From the NCBI RefSeq assembly GCF_000354175.2, contig NC_022359.1:540001-572000 (forward strand): a stretch of DNA of 32,000 nucleotides. The letters are read 5' to 3'. Position numbers and translations under genes: made by a program. How positions within the stretch are numbered: the stretch's first letter is position 1; each line of letters opens with the position of its first letter. This document shows positions 17,215-25,487 of the stretch, piece by piece. The notes below the pieces were generated by a model. It was not told where the DNA came from and searched no databases. It worked only from the letters and a program-made list of their open reading frames with translations. This DNA comes from Vibrio alginolyticus NBRC 15630 = ATCC 17749. Its GTDB lineage: Bacteria > Pseudomonadota > Gammaproteobacteria > Enterobacterales > Vibrionaceae.

Positions 17215-17535
17215 ATGAATAACACTTCTCTTCTAAAAGCGGTTTTGCTTTTTTCTGGATTTGCGTCCTTTCACGCTGCTGCACATTTTCCTCTGATGAG
17301 CTGTCACTTGGCGCAAGATAAAGTGATTTGTGAAGCGGGCTACTCGGATGGATCGACAGCGGTCGACTACGATGTCGAAATGTACGATTACGACGACAAT
17401 CTGATCGCCAAAGAAAAAACAGATAAGCGTTCCATCGCAGAATTTACTCACCCTGAAACAGATTTCTATTTGGTATTTGATGCCGGACATGAAAGCCCGG
17501 TGGAAGTGGATATCGTTGAGCTGAAAGAGAAATGA
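17215..17535 (+). CDS. Small exported hypothetical protein (106 aa), predicted mature N-terminus His-Phe-Pro
   Basis: Signal peptide MNNTSLLKAVLLFSGFASFHAAA|HFPLMSCH. Two Cys residues. Acidic Ig-like C-terminal part. The stop overlaps the next start (ATGA). The ORF track start TTG 17191 is less likely. Confidence 0.65.
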   Translation: MNNTSLLKAVLLFSGFASFHAAAHFPLMSCHLAQDKVICEAGYSDGSTAVDYDVEMYDYDDNLIAKEKTDKRSIAEFTHPETDFYLVFDAGHESPVEVDIVELKEK

Positions 17536-18083
17536 GTGTACAGAAAGTTCGCCCTGATGATGGTAACCGAGAAGGAAAGTGGGTCGCACTGACAATCGCA
17601 GCAATTCTCAGTTCAGCAGCCATACTTATGCCCTACCATCAGGTCGCGACTGAAAAGCCAGACATGCAGTCTCATCAAGTGTTAATCACGGATTTACATC
17701 AAAATGAGTTGGGGTTGATCGCTGAGCTTAAGCTCGCTCATGAAGAGATTCGTGATTTGCAGTTAGATACCGGAACTTGGCCTGAGATCTCTGATATGGA
17801 GGTGCTTTGGATTGCTCCGTTCGTGAAAGACCAAAACTGGAAGCGTAAAGGTTCTCATCAGTGGCAACGAATTGATGACGGTGTCTACATTGGCGTGAAG
17901 ACCAGTGCCCAAGGCTCTGCTTCCATGCTGTTGGATAGCCGCAGTTCTCAAGCTGATATTTGGTTTAATGATTCTAGCCGTTCGTTAAATGTGGAGGGAC
18001 TAAGCGATCTAGCTAAACGCCACGATTTCGGGTGGAAACAAATCGTTCTGTCAGACTCTTCCTCTCATTCTCACGCCCATTAA
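17532..18083 (+). CDS. Hypothetical single-pass membrane protein with a periplasmic domain and a His-rich C-terminal tail (possibly the DUF6162 family)
   Basis: One TM segment (WVALTIAAILSSAAILMPY). A soluble domain of about 145 aa ending in SDSSSHSHAH. Translationally coupled to the upstream gene. The family assignment is from memory and uncertain. Confidence 0.65.
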   Translation: MSVQKVRPDDGNREGKWVALTIAAILSSAAILMPYHQVATEKPDMQSHQVLITDLHQNELGLIAELKLAHEEIRDLQLDTGTWPEISDMEVLWIAPFVKDQNWKRKGSHQWQRIDDGVYIGVKTSAQGSASMLLDSRSSQADIWFNDSSRSLNVEGLSDLAKRHDFGWKQIVLSDSSSHSHAH

Positions 18084-18105
18084 GACAACATAATTGATAA
18101 GTACT

Positions 18106-19032
18106 ATGATCAAACGCTCTCTTTTACGTCGTATTCTTACAGCCACCGCGTTATTGACGGTGTCTTCTACTGGCTTTGCTGCCGATAAACTCAGTATTGG
18201 TATTACGCTTCAACCTTATTACAGCTATGTTAAAGCCGTTGTTGGTGAGAAGGCGGACATCGTTCCTTTGGTTGATGCTGGTTTTAATCCTCACAACTAT
18301 TTGCCACAACCTAATGATCTTAAGCGCTTAAATGAAATGGACGTAATAGTGATCAATGGTATTGGTCATGACGATTTTGCACTGAAAGTGATCAAGGCTT
18401 CTCAGCGTGATGATCTCGTGGTTATCGAAGCGAACAAAGAAGTGCCTTTATTGCCCGCTATGGGGCAGTCTGTTGGTCAAGGAGCAGTGAACCCTCACAC
18501 CTTTGTCGGTCTATCAACAACCATTCAAAAGGTTTACACCATCGCGAGTGAGCTAAGCCAATTGGACCCAGACAATGCTACGTTCTATCGCCAAAATGCT
18601 CGTAAATACGCGAAAACATTTCGCCTGATGAAGCGTGATGCAATGTTGTCTCTTGGTGAGTTGGACACGGCTGGTATGAAGGTGGCGACAACCCACAATG
18701 CTTACGGATATATCCTTCAGGAGTTTGGTGTTGACGTTGCCGCTGTCATTGAGCCTGCTCATGGTGTAGAACCAAGTGCAAGTCAGCTACAGGAAACGAT
18801 AGAGAAAATTCGTGAATCGGGCATTGATGTTCTGTTTTATGAGCTCAATATGCCGAATCGCTTTGTTGATACCATCGAAGAGGCGACCGGGGTGCAGCTT
18901 TATCGCTTTTCTCACATGACTCACGGTGAGTATGAGGCTGATAAAGTCGAGGTTGAGATGCGAGATAATGTGGAAACACTAATCGAAGCCATGAAATTTG
19001 TGGCGAGTAAGCGAGCAGGGGAAAAGGCGTGA
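18106..19032 (+). CDS. Metal ABC transporter substrate-binding protein (cluster A-I, ZnuA/TroA family)
   Basis: Signal peptide. The three canonical His-ligand motifs are present (GFNPHNY, AVNPHTF, ATTHNAYGY). The ORF track start is TTG 18094; I prefer ATG 18106. Confidence 0.85.
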   Translation: MIKRSLLRRILTATALLTVSSTGFAADKLSIGITLQPYYSYVKAVVGEKADIVPLVDAGFNPHNYLPQPNDLKRLNEMDVIVINGIGHDDFALKVIKASQRDDLVVIEANKEVPLLPAMGQSVGQGAVNPHTFVGLSTTIQKVYTIASELSQLDPDNATFYRQNARKYAKTFRLMKRDAMLSLGELDTAGMKVATTHNAYGYILQEFGVDVAAVIEPAHGVEPSASQLQETIEKIRESGIDVLFYELNMPNRFVDTIEEATGVQLYRFSHMTHGEYEADKVEVEMRDNVETLIEAMKFVASKRAGEKA

Positions 19033-19760
19033 TGACTGGACCTTCCGTTTCCTTAAGTAACGTGGGCCTAAAATACGCCGACAATATCATTTTGCAGAAC
19101 ATCAGCGCCGAATTCGAGAACGCGAAATGTCACGTTATTATGGGACCGAACGGCGGTGGTAAAACCTCTTTGCTTCGTTCGGTACTTGGACTCACGCCAT
19201 TTTCGGGAAACATAGCGCTCAATTGGCCAGAACCATCAGCTGCATCGGGGAAGATAGGGTATGTGCCACAAAAAGCGATGTTTGAAGCAAGCCTCCCGTT
19301 AACCGTGATGGATTTTGTACTGCTTAACCAAACTCGTATCCCTCTATTTTGGCGACGTAAAACGAAACAAACTCAACATGCCCTGGCCCAGCTGGATCGC
19401 GTGGGTATGGCAACGCGTAGCGACCGTCGTATGGGGCAACTCTCTGGCGGTGAGCAACAGCGTGTTTTGTTTGCGCAAGCTTTACTGGATGAGCCCAATT
19501 TATTGGTTTTAGACGAACCTACAACTGGCATGGATGAGCAAGGTGTTCGATATCTTGAAGGTTTGATTCATGAAGTTGTTGGAGAAGGCAAAACGGTGGT
19601 GGCAGTACATCATGACGTGACCGCCGTGCGCCGTTTAGATGCGCAGGTCCATGTCGTAAATCGTCAAATTGTGGCGTCAGGTCACCATTCAGATGTGCTA
19701 AGCCCTGATCGTATAGAAACATTATTCAAGCACTACACAGCAAAAGTGGAGGCTGCATAA
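19029..19760 (+). CDS. Metal ABC transporter ATP-binding protein (ZnuC/TroB-like)
   Basis: Walker A GPNGGGKTS, signature LSGGEQQR, Walker B LLVLDEPTTGMD. Start is GTG 19029 or ATG 19032; both overlap the SBP stop. Confidence 0.9.
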   Translation: MMTGPSVSLSNVGLKYADNIILQNISAEFENAKCHVIMGPNGGGKTSLLRSVLGLTPFSGNIALNWPEPSAASGKIGYVPQKAMFEASLPLTVMDFVLLNQTRIPLFWRRKTKQTQHALAQLDRVGMATRSDRRMGQLSGGEQQRVLFAQALLDEPNLLVLDEPTTGMDEQGVRYLEGLIHEVVGEGKTVVAVHHDVTAVRRLDAQVHVVNRQIVASGHHSDVLSPDRIETLFKHYTAKVEAA

Positions 19761-20635
19761 TGGATTGGTTGCGAGAGTTAGCGGTTAGCGGCGTTGAAGC
19801 TGGATGGTTAAGCGATAGCTTTTCTTATGCCTTCATGGTAAACGCAATTGTGGCAGCGCTGATATTAGGACCATTACTTGGTGGTCTTGGTACATTAGTC
19901 ATCGCCAAGCGACTGGCTTTTTTCTCTGAAGCGGTTGGGCATGCTGCGCTTACCGGAATCGCGATTGGTGTGTTGCTCGGTGAGCCGCCAGAGAATCCGA
20001 TCATCGGATTGTTTAGCTTTTGTATGATTTTTGCGCTGTTGCTTCACTTTGTTCGTAATCGTACGAATGTACCTTACGACACACTGGTTGGGGTTTTTCT
20101 TGCATTAGCGTTAGCGGTTGGTGCTGCGCTGTTAATGTACGTTGCTCGTAAGATCAACATTCACATGTTGGAGAACGTGTTGTTTGGCTCGATCTTGACT
20201 GTGACGGACAACGATATCCTTATTTTAGCGATCAGTTGTTTGATCATATTACTGCTTCTTATTCCAACGTTTAACCGCATTTTGCTAACTTGTATCAGCC
20301 CGGATATTGCACGTGTACGCGGCTTTAATACCAGCTTTTATGATTACTTATTTGTCATGATGATCACCTTGGTCACCATCGCCGCGGTAAAGATTATTGG
20401 CGCGGTATTGGTTGGTGCATTGCTGCTGATTCCTGGTGCAACGGCTAGGTTATTGACTAAACGCATGGGCAGTTTTGTTCTCCTTTCTTCTTTATTGGCA
20501 ACCATTGCGTGTTTAATAGGAACCATACTGCCGATGGAGCTTGAGCTACCAGTGCCATCAGGCGCATCCATCATCATTGTTTCTGCGGCATTTTTCCTAA
20601 CAGCAACGGTTTACCGAATTATCCAAAAAGCGTAA
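19760..20635 (+). CDS. Metal ABC transporter permease (ABC-3 family, ZnuB/TroCD-like)
   Basis: 291 aa, 8-9 hydrophobic helices, ABC-3-type sequence. TAATG overlap with the ATPase gene. Confidence 0.88.
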   Translation: MDWLRELAVSGVEAGWLSDSFSYAFMVNAIVAALILGPLLGGLGTLVIAKRLAFFSEAVGHAALTGIAIGVLLGEPPENPIIGLFSFCMIFALLLHFVRNRTNVPYDTLVGVFLALALAVGAALLMYVARKINIHMLENVLFGSILTVTDNDILILAISCLIILLLLIPTFNRILLTCISPDIARVRGFNTSFYDYLFVMMITLVTIAAVKIIGAVLVGALLLIPGATARLLTKRMGSFVLLSSLLATIACLIGTILPMELELPVPSGASIIIVSAAFFLTATVYRIIQKA

Positions 20636-20651
20636 CCCTTTTTATAAAGTA

Positions 20652-21527
20652 ATGAACATGAAGATAAAAAAATTAGCGATAACTTTTGGTTTGGTTATAG
20701 CGACAACACTTCCATCGTTGGCAAGCGCCAAAGACATTTTAACCAGCACTCCCGTCACGTACATGTTGTCTGAGCAACTCATGAAAGGTACAGGGATAGA
20801 GACTCAGTATCTGCCTCCAAAGCGTTACGGCGTTGAGCGTCTTGAGAACTGGTTCGCAAATAAAGGTACAGAGCAAGTTAAGCAAGCGGGTCAAGCCGCG
20901 ACGGTTGCTATTACTCTTGGTGCGATTTGGAAACAAGACCCGACTTATGTTTACGCTCGACAGGGCAACATTCACTTGATTGAAATCGATGCATCGCAGG
21001 CCATTTCTCCTAGAGCTCAAGGAGTTGCAGTTCTGACATTGGAAAACGGGTCAACATCGAAGTACGCATGGCTGAACCCTACAAACTTAATCCGAATGGC
21101 GGGCATTGTTGGAGAGGATCTACAACGTGTATATCCTGAACACCAAAAGGCGATTCAAACGAATCAACAGGCTCTTATGCTCAATGTGCGTGAACTGATC
21201 AACCAACAACAGGCAGAGATCTTCGATAAAGGCATCGATTCAGTGGTACTGATGAGTGAGTCATTAGAGGACTTTGCCTCTGGCAACCAATTGTTTGTGG
21301 TTGGGCGCGAATTTAAGCCGGAACTTGAGTGGACAGAAGAAGACAAATTATCTTTAAAAGCTCAGTTTGAACAAGATAAAACGCTATGGTTAGTGACGGA
21401 TAAACGACCGTCGAAAACCTTGACATCGCTTATTAAACCGAGCCGCATACTGCAAATTGATGTTATTGACCGCTGGGGCAGTAACGGTATCAAAACTGAG
21501 AAGCCACTCGCACGTTGGGAGATGTGA
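20652..21527 (+). CDS. Exported TroA/ZnuA-fold-like protein lacking the canonical metal-ligand histidines (degenerate second SBP)
   Basis: Signal peptide ..SLASA|KD. Colinear by eye with the SBP at 18106-19032, but the ligand motifs read YLPPKRY, AWLNPTNL and VLMSESLEDF, with no His at any of the three positions. Confidence 0.7.
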   Translation: MNMKIKKLAITFGLVIATTLPSLASAKDILTSTPVTYMLSEQLMKGTGIETQYLPPKRYGVERLENWFANKGTEQVKQAGQAATVAITLGAIWKQDPTYVYARQGNIHLIEIDASQAISPRAQGVAVLTLENGSTSKYAWLNPTNLIRMAGIVGEDLQRVYPEHQKAIQTNQQALMLNVRELINQQQAEIFDKGIDSVVLMSESLEDFASGNQLFVVGREFKPELEWTEEDKLSLKAQFEQDKTLWLVTDKRPSKTLTSLIKPSRILQIDVIDRWGSNGIKTEKPLARWEM

Positions 21528-21742
21528 CACGTAAAAAGCCACAGATTTTATGATGGGGAGTGAAAAGTTCCCTATTTTTTTGTGATTAAGCTCAAAATGT
21601 GAGCATTGATACCACTGGTTGCATAAGAAAGTGTTTGTTTCATTTCTATTTCATTACTACTTTGTTATGTGTTCGTTGCGATTGATTCGGATTTAATCTG
21701 TTTCTAAGCGAACCGGTACAAACAACTATACGGATGTTAACA

Positions 21743-22792
21743 ATGAAAATGAAAACTCTAGCCGTTGCAGTGGCGGCACTAGCATGTGGTTCACAGGCCT
21801 TCGCAGCAGAAGTTTACAACAGCGATGGTACATCTTTATCGATCGGCGGTCACGTTTCAGTTGGCGTGGGTGAGTATTTCGAAGAAGAAGTAAAAGTTCA
21901 CCAAGTGTCTCCACGTATCAATGTTGCGGGCAAGAAAGACATTGGCAACGGTATCACTATCGACGCTAAAGGCGAATGGGCACTTAACTACCTAAATGGT
22001 GGTAGCCAGTCGTTTTCAACTCGTTTGGGCTACATCGGCGCGACCCACCAGCAGTTTGGCCGTTTAGTGGGAGGTACACAGTGGTCTCCGTACTACGATG
22101 TCGCTGGCGTTGCGGATCTACCAATCGCGTTCGCGAACGACTTTTTGTACGACAATCACAACAATCTAGGTACTGGTCGTGCTGAAAAAATGATCAGCTA
22201 CCGTAAAAGCTTTGAGTTTGGCGAAGGTTTTGCTTTCAACCTAGGTCTTGGTTGGCAAGGTGAAAATGATGATAGAGGCCTATCATTACAACAAAACCCT
22301 AACACAGGTCTTCCAGAATACGTTTCTAAAGGCAGCAAGTATGACCAACGTGGTCAAATCGCACTGAGCGGCTCTGTTGCGGGCTTTGGTCTAGGCTACG
22401 TATACAGCGGCGGTGATGTTGAGAATTCTGGTCTAGGTACTAAAACTGCTGAATCACACCTTGTTTCTGTAAATTACGGTGAGTATGGCTCTGGTCTGTA
22501 CGCAGCTGTTGTATACGGCATGAACGAATACTTCTACGAGATGCGTGAAGAAACTACTCAGATTGAGGGCCTACTAGCGTACGGAGTCAACAATTGGACG
22601 TTCAGCGTTAACTACGAAGGTGTAGAAGACGACAAAGACAACAAGACAGTTTCAAGCGAAACTGCGCTACAAGCAGAGTACGCAGTAACTCCTGCATTCG
22701 TTACTTTCGCTGGTTACCAGTTTGACCTAGGTAACGACTACAACAATGAAGAGAACGACTACTGGACTCTAGGTGCTCGTTACTACTTCTAA
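21743..22792 (+). CDS. General-diffusion outer-membrane porin (OmpC/OmpU superfamily)
   Basis: Signal peptide MKMKTLAVAVAALACGSQAFA|AEVYN. Alternating beta-strand pattern. C-terminal ...LGARYYF. ATGs at 21734, 21743 and 21749 are all possible starts. Confidence 0.88.
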   Translation: MKMKTLAVAVAALACGSQAFAAEVYNSDGTSLSIGGHVSVGVGEYFEEEVKVHQVSPRINVAGKKDIGNGITIDAKGEWALNYLNGGSQSFSTRLGYIGATHQQFGRLVGGTQWSPYYDVAGVADLPIAFANDFLYDNHNNLGTGRAEKMISYRKSFEFGEGFAFNLGLGWQGENDDRGLSLQQNPNTGLPEYVSKGSKYDQRGQIALSGSVAGFGLGYVYSGGDVENSGLGTKTAESHLVSVNYGEYGSGLYAAVVYGMNEYFYEMREETTQIEGLLAYGVNNWTFSVNYEGVEDDKDNKTVSSETALQAEYAVTPAFVTFAGYQFDLGNDYNNEENDYWTLGARYYF

Positions 22793-22834
22793 TAAATAGG
22801 CCAGTTTCTACTGCCTAAACACATTTATTGTGTT

Positions 22835-22865
22835 AACGCCTACTCGTTGTGAGTAGGCGTTTTTC
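22835..22865 (+). terminator. Rho-independent terminator of the porin gene
   Basis: 11-bp stem aacgcctactc / gagtaggcgtt, loop gttgt, followed by a T-run. Confidence 0.85.
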
Positions 22866-22946
22866 TTTCTGCTATCCTTTGGCTATAAGAGACGCTAGTC
22901 ATTCTGTGCTTAGGTAACCCCACTCTTTGTTTAGAGAGTGCGTCTA

Positions 22947-22973
22947 TAAAAAATGCCCGCAACTTGCGGGCAT
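22947..22973 (-). terminator. Rho-independent terminator of ptrB
   Basis: Stem atgcccgc / gcgggcat with loop aactt. It is flanked by A6 on the plus strand (T-run on the minus strand) and by T5, so it may work in both directions. Confidence 0.8.
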
Positions 22974-23010
22974 TTTTGTTGTTAGAAGAGATGCAGTTCT
23001 ATTAATACGC

Positions 23011-25176
23011 TTATTTTTTATCGAGTAAATCGAGGAAGAAGGCATACTCTAGCGCATCTTCTTTTAAGCGCTTAAATCGACCAGATGCGCCGCCGTGTCC
23101 GGCTTCCATATCGGTTTTGAACAACAAGACGTTATCGTCTGTCTTCATTTCACGAAGTTTGGCGACCCACTTCATTGGTTCAAAGTACTGTACTTGAGAG
23201 TCGTGCAAGCCAGTCGTTACCAACATGTTCGGGTAGTTTTGCGCCTTGATGTTGTCGTAAGGCGAGTAACTCAACATATAGTCATAGTATGTTTTGTTAT
23301 TTGGGTTACCCCATTCATCATACTCATTGGTGGTCAATGGAATCGATTCATCGAGCATGGTGGTTACCACGTCCACAAACGGAACATGTGCACCGATACC
23401 GCGGTACAGTTCTGGTGCTTGGTTGATGATAGCCCCCATTAAGAGACCTCCTGCAGAGCCACCAACAGCGAAGACTTTATCTTTCGCGCCGTAGCCTTGT
23501 TCAACCAAACCTTTAGTCACATCAATAAAGTCGTTGAATGTGTTTTGCTTGGTTAGTTTTTTACCGTCTTCATACCAAGGGCGGCCAAGCATTTCAGATC
23601 CACGAATATGAGCAATGGCGTAAACAAAGCCGCGATCCAATAGACTCAAACGTGTCGAGCGGAAAGTTGGCTCAATGGTTGCGCCATAAGACCCATAACC
23701 ATATTGGTAGAGTGGATTCGTACCATCTTTCTTAAATAAGTCTTTACGATACACCAAAGAAACGGGTACTTCTTTACCGTCACGGGCTGTGACCATGATG
23801 CGTTCTGATTGGTAATTGTCAGGATTAAAATCACCAAGTACAGGTGTTTGCTTCATGATTTCTGACCCGCCCGTTGTTAGATCGAAATCGTAGTAGGTTC
23901 CTGGAGTGGTTAAACTGCTGTAATAAATACGAACTTTCTCGTTATCCAGCTCTAGGTTACCTGTCAAATAGGCAGCAAACGCATCGTCATTAAATGTGAG
24001 GGGGAATTCTTTTCCTGTTGAAAGCTGACGTACAGTGACGCTTGCTAGGCCGTTAGAGCGCTGCTCATAGACGATGTGATCATCGAATAACTCGAAGTCG
24101 ACAAGTTGAGTGTTGTCGTCTGCGGCAATCACATCTTGCCATTTAGAGCGGTCATGTATGTCATTTTGATGAACTTTCATCAAACGGAAGTTGACGGCTT
24201 GATAGTTAGTATAAATGTAGTACCAATCGCCTAGCTTAGAAATACTGTATTCAATGCCATCTTCGCGAGGATAGAACGGTTTCGCCTTTGCTTTAGGGTT
24301 GTTCGCATCAATGATAGAGACCCCACTGGTTTCTGTACTCGAATGCCAGATATAAATATCTTCGCCATCTTTGCTTTTGCTTAGTGAGGTGTAATAGGCG
24401 CTGTCGGTTTCCTCAAAAATCAGCTCATCGTTGCTTTGTGGTGTGCCCAATACATGACGATAAACTTGGTAGCCCAATAAGGTCTGAGGATCTTTTTTGA
24501 TGTAGTAAAAGGCGTTGTTATCGTTCTGCCATGCGACAGCGCTTGAGGCCCCTTCGATTTCATCTTGTAGGTAATTGCCTGTTGTCAGGTCTTTGATCTT
24601 AAGGGTGTACACGCGGCGGCTTAATGTGTCTTCGCCATACGCCAATAAGTTTTCATTCGGACTAACGTATAGGCCGCCGATACTGAAAAATTCATGTTCT
24701 TTTGCTAGTTCATTGACATCTAAAATGATTTGTTTGTCTTTGCCTGCAAAGTCTTTAGCTCGCAAATGGACTTCGTACTCGTTATCTCCGGTCACTTCAC
24801 TGGAGTAGAAGTAGTTGCCTTTACGAACCGGTACTGAGTTGTCGTCTTTTGCGATACGCCCTTTAATTTCTTCAAATAGCGTATCTTGAAATGTTTCAGT
24901 GTGCTTTAGAACGGTTTCTGCGTACTGATTTTCTTTCTCTAGGTGCTGTAAAATTTCAGGGTCTTTACGTTCGTCGTCACGCATCCAGTAGTAGTTATCA
25001 ACGCGGGTATCGCCATGAATAGTCATCGCGTGAGGGACTTTTTTCGCAACCGGAGCTTGAGTTTGTTGAGCAACGATCTGTGTTTGGGAGTATTGAGTCA
25101 TGCTGGGGGTTCCTTGATTGCTGCATCCGGCGACAAGCGCGACCGAGACGGTCAACGTAGTTAAAGTGAAACGCAT
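23011..25176 (-). CDS. ptrB: Oligopeptidase B / protease II (S9A prolyl-oligopeptidase family), predicted lipoprotein
   Basis: 721 aa. N-terminal beta-propeller region. C-terminal catalytic domain with GGSAGGLLMG (nucleophile Ser), later Asp and GHGG His motifs. The N-terminus MRFTLTTLTVSVALVAGCSN carries a lipobox (VAG|C). Confidence 0.88.
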   Translation of the reverse strand: MRFTLTTLTVSVALVAGCSNQGTPSMTQYSQTQIVAQQTQAPVAKKVPHAMTIHGDTRVDNYYWMRDDERKDPEILQHLEKENQYAETVLKHTETFQDTLFEEIKGRIAKDDNSVPVRKGNYFYSSEVTGDNEYEVHLRAKDFAGKDKQIILDVNELAKEHEFFSIGGLYVSPNENLLAYGEDTLSRRVYTLKIKDLTTGNYLQDEIEGASSAVAWQNDNNAFYYIKKDPQTLLGYQVYRHVLGTPQSNDELIFEETDSAYYTSLSKSKDGEDIYIWHSSTETSGVSIIDANNPKAKAKPFYPREDGIEYSISKLGDWYYIYTNYQAVNFRLMKVHQNDIHDRSKWQDVIAADDNTQLVDFELFDDHIVYEQRSNGLASVTVRQLSTGKEFPLTFNDDAFAAYLTGNLELDNEKVRIYYSSLTTPGTYYDFDLTTGGSEIMKQTPVLGDFNPDNYQSERIMVTARDGKEVPVSLVYRKDLFKKDGTNPLYQYGYGSYGATIEPTFRSTRLSLLDRGFVYAIAHIRGSEMLGRPWYEDGKKLTKQNTFNDFIDVTKGLVEQGYGAKDKVFAVGGSAGGLLMGAIINQAPELYRGIGAHVPFVDVVTTMLDESIPLTTNEYDEWGNPNNKTYYDYMLSYSPYDNIKAQNYPNMLVTTGLHDSQVQYFEPMKWVAKLREMKTDDNVLLFKTDMEAGHGGASGRFKRLKEDALEYAFFLDLLDKK

Positions 25177-25425
25177 CTGATTTTATCCTTATTGTACACC
25201 CAAGTGGCCTCATCCTGAGGGCTGGGCTTTCATTTTGTTAGTGGTTTTCAGTTGTCCATTCTTTGTTATGGGGTATGCCGAAAAAGTGAGAATCCTCAAT
25301 ATTTTCGAGTTGGCTACTCAATTTGAAGGAAGCTGAAAACACATTGTGTAAGCAGCTGTTATTTTTAACAAATATCAATTCGAAAGTTAAATCATTCTCA
25401 TCGGGAAATCGATATAGTGTGATAT

Positions 25426-25461
25426 GAAAAAAGGGACACACTTGTTGAGTGTGTCCCTTTT
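25426..25461 (-). terminator. Terminator of the MFS transporter gene (bidirectional hairpin)
   Basis: 10-bp stem gggacacact (25433-25442) / agtgtgtccc (25448-25457), flanked by A7 upstream and T4 downstream on the plus strand. Confidence 0.8.
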
Positions 25462-25487
25462 GGATTTTGAAAGTAAGCTGATAATGA

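Noticed and set aside
21555-21580. Possible terminator after the last gene of the nine-gene locus
   Set aside because: A T7 run is present (21574-21580), but the preceding stem is only about 5 bp including a wobble (gggga/ttccc). I could not support it as a feature, so the operon end is inferred from the following porin promoter region instead.
25238-25441. 67-aa ORF between ptrB and the MFS gene
   Set aside because: Its ATG lies inside the MFS terminator stem. There is no SD, and the sequence is AT-rich with odd composition. The region is better explained as terminator plus ptrB promoter.
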